Shown here piece by piece: positions 28,546-42,589 of a DNA stretch of 64,000 nt. The first letter of the stretch is position 1. Each line of letters begins with the position of its first letter. A program made the position numbers and the translations under genes. The notes below the pieces were generated by a model. The model made no database searches and was not told where the DNA came from. It saw only the letters and a program-made list of their open reading frames with translations. Source of the DNA: Eledone cirrhosa. Its lineage: Eukaryota. The DNA lies in the NCBI GenBank assembly GCA_964016885.1, contig OZ024741.1, positions 131,378,001 through 131,442,000 of the forward strand. The letters run 5' to 3'.

Positions 28546-28990
28546 ATAATTGTTTCTACCTTTGGCACAAGGCCAGCAATTATCCAGGACATTAGTGGTA
28601 TTTTATTTTATCGACCCCATAAGGATGAAAGGCAAAGTTAACCTCGGTGGGATTTGAACTCAGAATGGTAAGGGCCGTAACTCTATGCGTCAAAGCATGG
28701 CGTCCGACCCTCTACTGATACTGTCAATCCACCGCCCTTAGATGAGAAAATAATTGTTTCTACTTTAGGCACAAGGCCAGCAATTACTCAGTGCATTACT
28801 GGTACTTTATTTTATCGACCCCGTAAGGATGAAAGGCAAAGTCAACCTCGGCGGGATTTGAACTCAGAGAAAATAATTGTTTCTACTTTTGGCACAAGGC
28901 CAGCAATTATCCAGTGCATTACTGGTACTTTATTTTATCGACCCCATAAGGATGAAAGGCAAAGTCAACCTCGGCGGGATTTGAACTCAG
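28546..28990 (-). mobile_element. Three tandem SINE copies (one full, two 5'-truncated)
   Basis: gagaaaataattgtttctac..tatcgacccc..gatttgaactcaga repeated three times. Confidence 0.8.
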
Positions 28991-30707
28991 AGAAAATAAT
29001 GCGGAATAGAAATAAGCAGAATATATAATTAATGGAATTGCAAGAAAAATAATAAAAGTGTAAAGATAGACAGGAAAAACCTTTCCCCGGTCAATATCCT
29101 ACATGACTGTAGTGGTGGAAAGTAAGCCATTATGACAACCAACAATGAATAAAGGAATCTGGGTAAATTACACACACACATATAAAACAAACAACAAACA
29201 TTCAAATACATACATACACGCACATATACATACACACATAAACACACACACATATTCACTCACACATTTTTCAGCCACCTCAAGGAATGCTAGAGATCGG
29301 GCATTCACAAGTGTATTACTTATCAAAGCAATCCAATCCAGGGATTTCTCACTCCTGTTGGAGGAACCCCTCTCTGATTGACTTCCACTATTTCCTGTTT
29401 TATTTGGTCATGTCAGGGATGTAGCCGTACTCACCACGCTTGGGAAATTGCAGGTTGGCGAGGATATTTAACCCATAGTTAAGGTGGATTCTAAGGAGTC
29501 CATCCACCCTTTTAACAGCTCTTGTTTTTTGTGCTGCCTGAATTCCACTTACCCTGACCAGAAGAGGGTCTGGTGGGGAAACCTGTTTAGTCGCCGACCA
29601 CTCGACCATGAAGTAGGTTGTACTAAGCTACATGGTACCAGTAACTGGCAAAATCGGTGCCTGTTGGATATTGAGCATTAACACAACGTGATTCAGAATG
29701 CAGGTGTATATGAGAGCATATACTACTACTACTACTAAACCAAAAGCAACTCATAAAGTATTGCATATTGAGGGCATCAGGAAAAAAATATTTAAAAAAC
29801 AAATAAGAAAAAGCTAACATTCATATAATTATCGACTAATGCTTTCCTAAAACATTGAAGATGGTACACTTTCCGAGCTGAGCTTTTAAAAATAGCTGAT
29901 GAGAAAATTATTAAAACCGTTGATCATCAAGCAGTATCATTCTTGTTTTATAGCTTTCAGATCTTACGCTGGATTGTTAATGGCTCTACACATTAAATAT
30001 ATGCTTGCCCATTAAACTCTCTTTCTGCAAGAATGTTTCGCTTCATTGAGACGATGGCAGCCATACACGTATATATTAAAACATGCATGCATGACCCTGT
30101 AACACCTGGGTGAGTCGTAGGGATGCCGTATGGACATATGGCGTATCTAAGGCATTTTAAAACCTGGCGGAGCCCATATCTCTGGTCTGAATATAGCAGA
30201 AGTCTTCAAGAGAAGAATAAAGAGTGAGAGAATGGAAAAATTAGACAAAAGAAAAAATATATATATATTGAAGAACTACAGTACGAGACTGGTACTTTTT
30301 TTATCGACCTCGAATGGATGAAAGACAAAGTTGATCTCGGCGAGATTTGAGTACACAAAATAGAGACCGAAAACGAATACTACAAAGGATTCGATCCAAC
30401 TTTCTAACGACTCTGCCAATTCACTGTCTGAGATATTAAACTACTGAAATCATAAACAAATGCCTGCGTGAAGATATTCACAAACGCAAGCCAACTACCG
30501 ACTTACTGAAATAGACAGAAGAAATGCATTCTTACTGCCATATATAGTCATACATAGCTCAATTATACAGAGCACTTATATGGAATTTAAGTGGTACGAA
30601 GTTCGATCCTTTCTAGCGGCTGCTGGCCACGCTTGCCCGTGAATAGGTTTTTTTTAAACTAGATTTTCTGCGTTTGTGATTTTTACATTTTCGAACAATA
30701 TACATAG

Positions 30708-30789
<82 letters not shown>

Positions 30790-31127
30790 ATAAACGTGCT
30801 GCGTGGTTGCTAATGGGTTACATATGTATATATATATATATATATATACAAGTACATTCACATACGCATATATGTATGTATATAGATATAGAAATACAGT
30901 GCCAGGTTAATGTGCGAAACTGCACTGCCAGCAAAGTGACTGATGAGTTATAGATGCAAATGTGGTTCGTCGAATGTAACTGTGTGCATTTTCTGATTAT
31001 ATATATAGTACACACCCACACATCACACACACCACACACACACACCTATACATATATGTATATGTATATATATGTATATTCATATACATACATTCATATA
31101 TATATATGTGTGTGTGTGTGTATGTGT

Positions 31128-31188
<61 letters not shown>

Positions 31189-31933
31189 CATGCAAACGCA
31201 TACATATACAGTACATTATACACGATTTAACAATAAAACATGCACCAATAAACTGCATTAAATATATTCATTTCAAGACATAAAAGCATTTCAATAGCAG
31301 AATGCTGCTACATTAGCTCTCAATAAAACTATTCTCAGAAACCAGAAACATTGCTGAATTTATCTGAATAGAAAACAGACATTTCAAACTAACATTTGAC
31401 TGTTCTTTGTTTTTGTTGTTGTTCTTTTTTTACCTCTTTATATTTATCGTTGTTCATTATGTTTTCATCCTCGTTCAGTTTCATCTTTGTTTAGCTTCAT
31501 CTTTGTTCACCTATCTTTGTTCAATAATCTTTACACAATAATCTTCGTTCAATAATCTTTGTTCATTCATCTTCGTTTAGATTTGTGTTGAATTTTCCGC
31601 CTTTGTTAATTTTTTTCCGTTTCCCCCACACTCTTCTTTATCACATGATCAGCGGCTGCACTTTTAATGGGTGTAATGTATATTTTACCAAATATTGGCT
31701 TGTATTGCAAAGGGAAGTAAATCATACTGTCTTAGTGAATATTTCTTGTTCCTGTTGCAAGAGTGAAGATGTCAACATGACTCTATTAATTATAATATTT
31801 TAAACTAATTAAACAAAATTGCTAAATTTTATTTTCTAATTACATCTTCTCTTAATGAAATTTCGTAAAAAAAGCTGCCATCCCTGTATTTTATTTAACT
31901 TTCTTCGGTCTGCAATATTCTTGCATAACTGAG

Positions 31934-32442
31934 TTCTTCTTCTTCTTCTTCTTCTTCTTCTTCTTCTTCTTCTTCTTCTTCTTCTTCTTCTTCTTCTTCT
32001 TCTTCTTCTTCTTCTTCTTCTCCTCCTTCTTCTTCTTCTTCTTCTTCTTCTTCTTCTTCTTCTTCTTCTTCTTCTTCTTCTTCTTCTTCTTGTTCTTCTT
32101 CTTGTTCTTCTTCTCCTTCTTCTTCTTCTTCTTCCTTCTTCTTCTTCTTCTTCTTCTTCTTCTTCTTCTTCTCCTCCTCCTCCTCCTTCTTCTTCTTTTC
32201 TTCTCTTCTTCTTCTTCTTCTTCTTCTCCTCCTCCTCCTTCTTCTTCTTCTTCTTCTTCTTCTTCTCCTCCTTCTTCTTCTTCTCTTCTTCTTCTTCTTC
32301 TTCTTCTTCTTCTTCTTCTTCTTCTTCTTCTTCTTCTCCTCCTCCTCCTCCTCCTCCTTCTTCTTCTTCTTCTTCTTCTTCTTCTTCTTCTTCTTCTTCT
32401 TCTTCTTCTTCTTCTTCTTCTTCTTCTTCTTCTTCTTCTTCT
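31934..32442. repeat. Long (TTC)n/(CTC)n polypyrimidine tract
   Basis: Direct inspection. Confidence 0.95.
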
Positions 32443-32846
32443 CGACATTAATAATATTCAATATTTTTTAATTATTACTTTTACGTAAATGCCGTTGTGT
32501 TCAATTATGCCTTGCATGAAACCCTGTTATTAGATAGGTCGAACCGCGGGTAGACAATATTACGCGTCTACTAATAAATATATTACGTACTACCCTGGTG
32601 TGTTAACTACCTCTGTACTACGAAACAAACACACATACACTCACACAAACGCATACATACATATATATGTATGTACACACAATTCTACGTAGTCAAATAC
32701 GACGTAAGTACATCTTACTACCTAATTTTCAAATTCGCTAGCCGTTTGTAAAAAATGCCTGCTTTGTGATCATAAGCCTGCTCCTAACCTAACACGGGGC
32801 AATACAGCAGAGTATTTAATGCAGCGCGTTATCCATCTATATCCTT

Positions 32847-33009
<163 letters not shown>

Positions 33010-33074
33010 ATATATATATTATATATATTATATATATATATATATATAATATATATATATATATTATATATATA

Positions 33075-33155
<81 letters not shown>

Positions 33156-33432
33156 ATACAAAGGTATCGTTTGTTTAAGGTATTCCAGCTACAGGTTGTG
33201 AGTACTCTGTGTTGAGGTTAGTTTTACCGTACGGCGTTGTTTGACTCAACAAGATGTTTCCTTAATTAGGTGGCAAGTTTAAGAGAATTCCCATGCATGT
33301 GGTTCTTGGCGTATTTAATGAATCAATTGTTAATACTGTTAATTTTGTACAGCCGACCATGTTATTCTTCATTCTTGTACTATATATATATAAATATATA
33401 GAAGTGGTAACACAACAGTTAGTTCACTATAC

Positions 33433-33470
33433 CGAGAACAATTGTTTCACCTTAGCGGATCCTCAGCTCG
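33433..33470 (-). ncRNA. Minimal type I hammerhead motif (GUU)
   Basis: Minus strand: cgag CTGAGGA t cc gctaa gg t GAAA c aatt GTT ctcg. Confidence 0.7.
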
Positions 33471-33483
33471 TAATGGTCATGGA

Positions 33484-33521
33484 CGAGCTGAGGATCCGCT
33501 AAAGTGAAACAATTGTTCTCG
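33484..33521 (+). ncRNA. Minimal type I hammerhead motif (GUU), stem II weakened by one substitution
   Basis: cgag CTGAGGA tccgctaaagt GAAA c aatt GTT ctcg. Confidence 0.6.
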
Positions 33522-33581
33522 GTATGGTGAACTAACTGTTGTGTTACCACTTCTATATATATATATATATGCGCGCGCGTG

Positions 33582-33623
<42 letters not shown>

Positions 33624-34794
33624 CGTGTGTGTGTGTGTGTGGGTGTGTTCGTGTGTGTGTGTGTATGTTTCGGTTTGTGTAAGAGTGCATACTTTTCAAC
33701 AAAAGGTCGAAGCGAAAATGCCTGAGAAGTATTTTCAAAATGATATTTATACATACAAATCGAGTCTCACGTTTTCAATAAGTTGATTGGAAACAACTTC
33801 AACCAGCTGAGACTATTCTTGCATTTTCAAGAGAGAAACTTCATTTATGGGTGTTCATAACATGCGAAGCAAGCAAAGGAGAGAACTTCTGACCCCGTGT
33901 TTTAGAGTCTTTTTATACAATGAAATGAGAATGGACATTATTTTATTCTTATGATCTGAATGCCAACAATTCCAGTTGATTGAAATATTTTCTCGTATTA
34001 CATATTCAGACGGTCAGACGCTATTTCTGTTTATACACTTTGTGTCAAATGTTCTAATTAGATAATTTTGACTACACAAATAGTTGACACCGAATCAGCG
34101 AATGATAAATGCCTCAACTGGGACGCGAAATGCTGTGAGACGTTCCCTGCTTCCCACTTAGTCGCTTCAGTCACAAACCCCTATACCGCGCGGCTCGCAA
34201 TGCAGAGGACAGGAAGACAAGCAAATATCGGGGCTTGTCCGACCGCTTCCTGTTTGCAGAACCTGCACAGCTTAGCTTCTTTGTAAAATCGGAATGACAG
34301 CAGCCAATCTGAAGAAGGAGCGCCGCGAGGTGGGGTGGTTGTTGCAGCGGGTGTCGTTGGTCATTGTCCGAGGAAATACCTTTGCAAGTTTGTCGACAGG
34401 GCGCAGCCGAAGCACCGTTCTGACCTAGGTGTAGGGTCTGTCACTCTCACCCATTCCTCCTTTCTTTCCCCCGTGTCCTAATAGGCATTGCTCTTTCTCC
34501 CGTTTTCCGCTTATTTATGGCATTTATAGTCCTTTCCAATACTGCTTTCTTTTTCTGTAAATTTTATTGAACATTTCATATCTATTAAATAAATTTCCTA
34601 TATATACTTAAACGTAATCGAGCCAATTTGCCAAGAAAATATGCTTCACTGAGGAGATCTAATGAGAGCGAAACTTGTCCGTTGTTTTCATCAAATTGAC
34701 TCACTCAAATGAATTGTCTGAAAAGTGCAAAAAAACAAACACTTGAACCAGCTCAGGCTAATGTATTTCCAGTCACTGGCAATATAATTCCCAA

Positions 34795-34902
<108 letters not shown>

Positions 34903-35137
34903 TCTAGATACGTGGAGCCCATCTTCTCTCTATGTCTGAATACAGTAAATACCTTCCAGAGAAATATAGGGAGGAGTTAGAGAATGGAAGTGAGAAAGAG
35001 GAAGAATTGACCCCAATACTAGACTGGTATTGTTTATCGACCTTGAATGGAAGAAAATCAAATTTGACCGCGGCAAGATTTGAACTCAGAGAGCAAAGAG
35101 TCGAAACGAAGACCACAGAGCATTCTATCAGCGCCTT

Positions 35138-36069
35138 ACACACATACATACACATACATACACATACATTCATACATACATACATACATACATACATACA
35201 CATACATTCATACATACATACATACATACATACATACATACATACACATACATTCATACATACATACATACATACATACACATACATACACATACATTCA
35301 TACATACATACATACATACATACATACACATACATACACATACATTCATACATACATACATACATACATACATACACATACATTCATACATACATACATA
35401 CATACACATACATACACATACATTCATACATACATACATACATACATACATACATACACATACATTCATACATACATACATACATACATACATACATACA
35501 TACATACATACATACATACATACACATACATTCATATATACATACATACATACATACACATACATACACATACATTCATACATACATACATACATACATA
35601 CATACATACATACATACATACATACATACATACATACATACATTCATACATACATACCTACATACATACATACATACATACATACATACATACATACATA
35701 CATACATACATACATACATACCTACATACATACATACATACATACATACATAATATACATACATACATACATACATACATACATACATACATACATACAC
35801 ATACATTCATACATACATACATACATACATACATACATACACATACATACACATACATTCATACATACATTCATACATACATACATACATACATACATAC
35901 ATACATACATACATACATACACATACATACACATACATTCATACATACATTCATATATACATTCATATATACATACAGACATACATATATACATACCTAC
36001 ATACATACATACATACATACCTACATACATACATACATACATACATACATACATACATACCTACATACA

Positions 36070-36103
<34 letters not shown>

Positions 36104-36285
36104 CTACATACATACATACATACATATATACATACATACATACATACCTACATACATACATACATACATACATACATACATAATATACATACATACATAC
36201 ATACATATATACTACATACATACATACTTATACACACATACATACATACATACATACATACATACATACATAATATACATATGCA
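35138..36285. repeat. Long degenerate (CATA)n array
   Basis: Direct inspection. Confidence 0.95.
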
Positions 36286-36429
36286 TACACTATAGACACA
36301 CAGACAGAACGTATGCAAATTAAATTAGCTGAATATTGAAATCAGGCGAGGCTAGAAGTAATTGTTTTGAATTACGCAAGACATTTATTACTTGGTTTGT
36401 TATGGAAGTACATTGTTGTAGTGGTAATA

Positions 36430-38160
36430 AGGAGGTGGTGGTGGTGGTGGTGGTGGTGGGTAATATGGTGGTGGTGGCGGTGGTGGTGGTGGTGGTTGGG
36501 GGGGGTAATGTGGTGGTGGTGTTGGTGGGGCGTGATGGTGAGGTGATGGTGAGGTGGTGGGTGATGGTGAGGGTGGTGGTGTTGGTGGTGGTGGTGGTGG
36601 GGGTAATGTGTTGGTGGGGGGGGCGTGATGGTGAGGGTGGTGGTGTTGGTGGGGGGTGATGGTGAGGGTGTTGGTGTTGGTGGTGGTGATGGGGGTAATG
36701 TGGTGGGGGGGGGGGTAATGGGGGGTGATGGTGAGGGTGGTGGTGTTGGTGGTGGGTGATGGTGAGGGTGGTGGTGTTGGTGGTGGGTGATGGTGAGGGT
36801 GGTGGTGTTGGTGGTGGGTGATGTGAGGGTGGTGGTGTTGGTGGTGGGTGATGGTGAGGGTGGTGGTGTTGGTGGTGGGTGATGGTGCTGGTGCTGGTAG
36901 TGGTGGTGCTAGTAGTGGTGGTGTTGGTGCTGGTGGTGAGGTGGTGATGGTGGTTGTGGTGGCGTTGGTGGTGGATTATGGTGGGGGTAATAGGGTGGTG
37001 GTGCTGGTAGTAGTCGTGCTTGTGGTGGTGAGCTGGTGGTGTTGGTGGTGGTGGTGAGGTGGTGGTGGTGGTGACGTGGTGGTGTGGTAGGTGATGGTGG
37101 TGGTGGTGGGGGTGATGGTGGTGGTGATGGTGTTGGTGGTGGGTGATGGTGTTGGTTGTGGTGGCGGTGGGTGATGGTGGCGGTAGTGTTGGGTGGTGGT
37201 GGTGGTGTTGGTGGTGGGTGATGGTGGCGGTAGTGTTGGGTGGTGGTGGTGGTGTTGGTGGTGGGTGATGGTGGCGGTAGTGTTGGGTGGTGGTGGTGGG
37301 CGAAGATGGTCGTAGGTGATGGTGGTGGTGATGGTGATAGTAGTGTTGGTGGTGTGTGATGGTAGTGATGATGGTAGTGGGTGATGGTGGTGATGGAGAT
37401 ATGGTAGTTGTGAAGGTGGTGGTAATGATGGTGGTGGTGGTGATGTGCTGATGGCCATTATGGTGATGATGGTGGTAATGGAGACATTGTTAATGTGAAG
37501 GTGGTGGCGATGGTGGTAGTGATGATGGTGGTGGTGGTGGTGGTGGTAGTGATGGTGCTGGCGCTGATGGTAGTCGTGGTGATGGTGTTGGTGTTGGTGG
37601 TGCTGATGATGGTGGTATGGTGGTAGTGTTGATGGTAGTGGTGACGATGGCGGTGATGGAGATATGTTGGTTGTGATGATGGTGATGGAGATATGGTGGT
37701 TGTGATGATGGTGATGGAGATATGGTGGTTGTGATGATGGTGATGGAGATATGTTGGTTGTGATGATGGTGATGGAGATATGGTGGTTGTGGAGATGGCG
37801 GTGATGGTGGTAGTAGTGATGATGGTAGTAGTGATGGTGTTGTTGGCGATGATTGTGGTGATGATGATGGCGGTGGTGATATGATGGTGATATGGTGCTG
37901 ACGATGGTGGTGGTATGGTAGTAGCTGTATTATGGTTGTTGTGATGGTGATGATGGTAGTGGTGCTAGTGGTAGTTGTATGATGGTTATGGAGTAGTTGA
38001 TGTTGTTTTTGGTAGTGGTGGTCGTGAAGTGATAGTAATGGTGGTGGTATGTTTTCGGTGATGTGATGGTGGCTCGTATGGTTATAGTACTGTAATGGTG
38101 GTGGTATGAAGGTATAATGGTTTTATGTTGTTATGGTGGTGTAGCAGTACTGACGATATT

Positions 38161-38216
<56 letters not shown>

Positions 38217-38220
38217 TTTG

Positions 38221-38252
<32 letters not shown>

Positions 38253-38880
38253 GGTGGTGGTGGTGGAATAGTGGTAGATTTGGTTGTGGTGGTACAATGG
38301 TGGAGGTGGTGGTATATTTGTGGTTTTGGTAGGAGTATGGTGGTAGTACATTATAGGTGTATTATAGACGACAGTACTGTTTGTTAGTAATTGTGATAGG
38401 GACGTGGTGGTGGTGTTTGTGATGGTGATGGTGGTGGTGTAGATGTGTGTAGTGGTAGTGGTGGGCATGTTTGTGTTGTTGATGATGTTAGTGATGATGG
38501 TGGTGGTGTAGGTGTTTGTGGTGGTGGTGGTGGTGGGCATGTATGTGTTGTTGGTGATAGTAGTGGTGATGTTAGTAGTGTAGGTGCTTGTGGTGGTGGT
38601 GGGCATGTTTGTGTTGTTGATGATGTTAGTGGTGATGGTGGTGGTGTAGGTGTTTGTGGTGGTGGTGGTGGTGATGCTGTTTCTGGTGGTGTTTATGATG
38701 ATAGTGATGGTGGTGATAATGCGGAATGTGGTGGTGATGGTGGTATTGCTTGTGGTGGTGGTGGTGGTAACTATGTTGTCTGTGGTAGTGATGGTGATAG
38801 GGTGCGTGTGGTGGTGATGGTGTTTATGGTGGTATTGGTGGTGATGTTGCTACTGTTTTTCGATTGTTGGTGATGATGAT
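36430..38880. repeat. (GGT/GAT/GTT)n low-complexity tract with short higher-order units
   Basis: Direct inspection; e.g. ggtgatggtgagggtggtggtgttggtggtg and gtgatgatggtgatggagatatg units. Confidence 0.9.
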
Positions 38881-39640
38881 AATGGCGATATCAGTGATTT
38901 TGTCGAGCCAACGGCAGAAGTGCGGTAGGGGTGATAGCCTGTTGGATTTACTGTATAAATATTGTCTCTTAACGTAGGGTGTGACATCACTATGATAGAA
39001 CTGCTTTAGGACAGAGGAAGCTGTGTGTATGACTGCTTTGACAGCAATTCTATCAAATGAGAGACTTCACGATAGCAGTTACTACATTGTAGTGGGAGTG
39101 ACACAAGTTAGTGTACTGATTCCGATTCCTGTCAATGAAGAGAGGGAGGGTCAGCAGTAACTAGATTCACTCACTGTACTGTCACGAGCTAAGAAGGAAG
39201 CCTATACATGGTCACTAGACATGCTAGAAATAGCAGCCTAATCTTTATCAAAGCACACCTTACCGTTTTAGAAAAGTGCACATTGGATAATGTAGCCACG
39301 GGTTGGGTTCCCCTGCACGTAGTAAAAAAGACGGGATGGTCATGGTTGGGTTAGTTTTCATCATAGATCTGCTCCATCAAAGCCTACTTGTGGTTAAACA
39401 ATAAGCACGACTACTGAACTGTCAACACATAGAGTGGTGGGTGACTGCAATAACTGTACTGATTGTTCTGTCAATATACAGCTGGAGTAACTGCAGTAAC
39501 AGCAATATCAATATATAACGGGAGTTACGACAACCCAGGATAACAAGAAATCTTGTATGTGTTCACTCAATTTGCTTGAAATGACAGTTAAATCTCCCTC
39601 AAATCACAATTTACTGTCTTAAAACGTATGAACACATTCG

Positions 39641-40028
39641 ATAATTGTTTCTACTTTTGGCACAAGGCTAGCAATTATCCCAGTGCATTACTGGTACTTT
39701 ATTTTATCGACCCCGTAAGGATGAAAGGCAAAGTTAACCTCGGCGGGATTTGAACTCAAACCATAAAGGGCCGTAACTCTTTGCTGCAAAGCATGGCGTC
39801 CGACCCTCTACCGATACTGCCAATCCAACACATTAGATAATTGTTTCTACTTTAGGCACAAGGCCAGCAATTATCTCAGTGCATTACTGGTACTTTATTT
39901 TATCGACCCCGTAAGGATGAAAGGCAAAGTCAACCTCGGTGGGATTTGAACTCAGACCGCAAAGGGACGTAACTATGCTGGAAAGCATGGCGTCCGACCC
40001 TCTACCGATACTGCCAATCCACCGCCCT
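39641..40028 (-). mobile_element. Two tandem young SINE copies
   Basis: ataattgtttctacttt.ggcacaagg..ccgatactgccaatcc twice. Confidence 0.85.
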
Positions 40029-41541
40029 GAATGAAGTCTAATTGTCCGTGGCTAGATCAGATATCTGCTAGGATTAAACAACAATAACATCAACATGAGC
40101 AATACATCACGAAAGAAGACCCTTTCCATTTCACCCAAGGTCGGTCCTTATCGAGCAAACCCATGCAGTATTTTTAAGGGTAGTTATGTAGGGCTACGTT
40201 CTCTAAAATGCCCTCTACTTTCTCAAAACAGAAGGGAGAGATTTGAAGGAGAACGCGCTGCTATTCCTAGCACATAGAACAACGACACAGAGGATCATTT
40301 GTTGCATTGTACAAATAAGATTGTTGTTGGTATTTAACCTTAGCTCAACCCTAATGAAGCAGACCTATGATCAAAAGCATTCCAGTTGTGACCATCATGT
40401 TCTGCTTTCTATAGTATATTATACAATATTTTATTTTAAACTCATTAAGATTTAATTTATTGGATATCTGGCTGCGGTATCTAACATTTCATCTGACTAC
40501 ATATAGATTCTCTCACATCATGACACCCCTACTGGGGATATGTTCAAAAGGTGAGATTCGGTTTACTGTATCGAGGCCCGTGAAAAGCTGATAATAGAGC
40601 CAGACCTGATGTATAACTGATAATAGACTTAGGCTAAAGGTGCGAAATACGCCTCCACAAAGCTGGAAATAGCTTCAGGCTAGATGTGTAATGCAGGGTT
40701 CATTTCATACTACTCATTAAATATAAAGCTATAGTGGCCACCAAGTAGATAACTATAATAATGTTTGAATAAATGCTTTAAAGTACCTCTTAAAACACAA
40801 AAATGTGGGTAGAGCCATCATCTCTTGTGAGAGCTATATGATTTGATTCCATGTAGGCCTGTCTGTTTATATTTTTTCCGTCACCAGGGGTCTTTTACCC
40901 GGTTTATTTACCTATTATTAGAGATATCTGCATCATGGTCTCTTTATTTTGAATTTCAAATTTCCTATTCTTCGTAAATGAACCAAGAATGATATTTGAT
41001 CAATAAGTATTTTCTTCGTCAATGCTAAATACGTATGAGTTGCTTGTATATGCATATAATTCTAGAGTAAATGATGCAGTTACAAGTAATTGAATAGAAC
41101 AAAAAGAATTTGAAATGATCTCTCAATTCGAAGAAGTAGTCACTCTAGGTAGAGTCGCTTCTCCGAATTGAGAGATTACAGCTCCGAAGACCTTACCGGC
41201 AAATATTTTACGGACAAAACTAATCGTCATGAGACCCAAAGCTAGATACCGAGCAAGATGATTGGATAACATTCATGAGCTCGTCTTCTCTCGCCTGGTC
41301 CTCCAGCCGGATCAATTGGAGACGGTTGCCTCTAACAGGACCTACTGGAAAGAATGTTTGAGGACTCTGTCCACACGACTCTCCCAGGAATAAACAAGAG
41401 AAGAAGAATTTGTTGTAAAAGCTCTCATAATCATTGGCATTTGCCAACTGACCCCCTTGGCTTCTCTCTCTGCTCTGATCTGATGTTGTCCCTTAATAGG
41501 AAAAATTGGATTACAAAATCACTAACACAGAGAGACAGACA

Positions 41542-41626
<85 letters not shown>

Positions 41627-41628
41627 AG

Positions 41629-41659
<31 letters not shown>

Positions 41660-41696
41660 CACACACACATATATATATACACACACACCCATACAT

Positions 41697-41734
<38 letters not shown>

Positions 41735-41797
41735 AGATATATTGAAACCTCCTTATATAACTGTACAATTGCCTCCTGTGTTTTGTGCGTTCATTTT

Positions 41798-41853
<56 letters not shown>

Positions 41854-41854
41854 A

Positions 41855-41911
<57 letters not shown>

Positions 41912-41915
<4 letters not shown>

Positions 41916-42520
41916 AAAATTTCGCTCTACATGGCTGAATACAATAAATGTAATCTGAGTTTTCACAATATTAATAATAACATTCGATTCGTTTGCAATT
42001 TTACAATCGAATGTTATTAAAACTCGGATTACATTTATTATTCTCAGCCATGTAGAGGGAAATTTTCTTTTTTATTTGAATCTGGCAAAGCCGGCCATTT
42101 ATCGCTCGTATACAGGAAACTGACTGGTCAGTCTGCTGATATGCAAATCTGGCTGATCAGTGGATCTGCTAATATGCAGATCTAGACTGATCAGCCAGGC
42201 TGCTAATATGCAAATTAGGCCGATCAGTCACTGGGTAGTTTTGAAAATAGCATATATTTTCACTAGCTCTGACAGTTTGGCAGGTGAACAGTGAGCTGTA
42301 CTGATGAAGGGAGATACCCAGAAACATTAGTGTCTGCAGTTCAGTTCGCATGCCAACACAAGAGCAAGAATGAACTGTTCATTCTACTGACATGGCTATA
42401 AAATTGAGGCTTGTTTGCAAAATTGCAAACGAATCGAATGTTGTTATTAATATTCGAAAAACTCAGATTACATTTATTGTATTCAGCCATCTAGAGCGAA
42501 ATTTTCTTTTTTATTTGAAT
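41912..42520. mobile_element. Hammerhead-bearing pseudo-LTR-like unit with inverted and direct terminal copies
   Basis: 41912-42002 is the reverse complement of 42419-42509; 42003-42081 is a degenerate direct copy of the same block; starts at a TA array. Confidence 0.7.
42292..42343 (+). ncRNA. Type I hammerhead ribozyme motif (GUC)
   Basis: tgagctgta CTGATGA a ggg agata ccc a GAAA cattagt GTC tgcagttca; 9-bp stem I including G-U pairs; near-palindromic stem III acattagtgt. Confidence 0.85.
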
Positions 42521-42589
42521 TTGCTATTAGCTATTTGAATCTCCTATGCTACGAGCTTTGAATTTGATATTTGCTATTTGCTTTTTTAA

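Larger units (their letters stand above)
33400..33554. mobile_element. Near-perfect palindrome (72-bp arms, 11-nt spacer) in a TA array with one hammerhead per arm
   Basis: agaagtggtaacacaacag..cagctcgt / acgagctg..ctgttgtgttaccacttct. Confidence 0.85.

Noticed and set aside
30910-30955. cgaaactgca..ctgatgag as a type II hammerhead
   Set aside because: No NUH at the expected position and the stems do not pair convincingly.
34932-36221. Long ORFs (273-367 aa) and similar YI/HT/CV/ER/poly-E,K,R ORFs across the window
   Set aside because: They are translations of (CATA)n, (TA)n, (CA)n, (GA)n and (TTC)n microsatellites with no coding signal.
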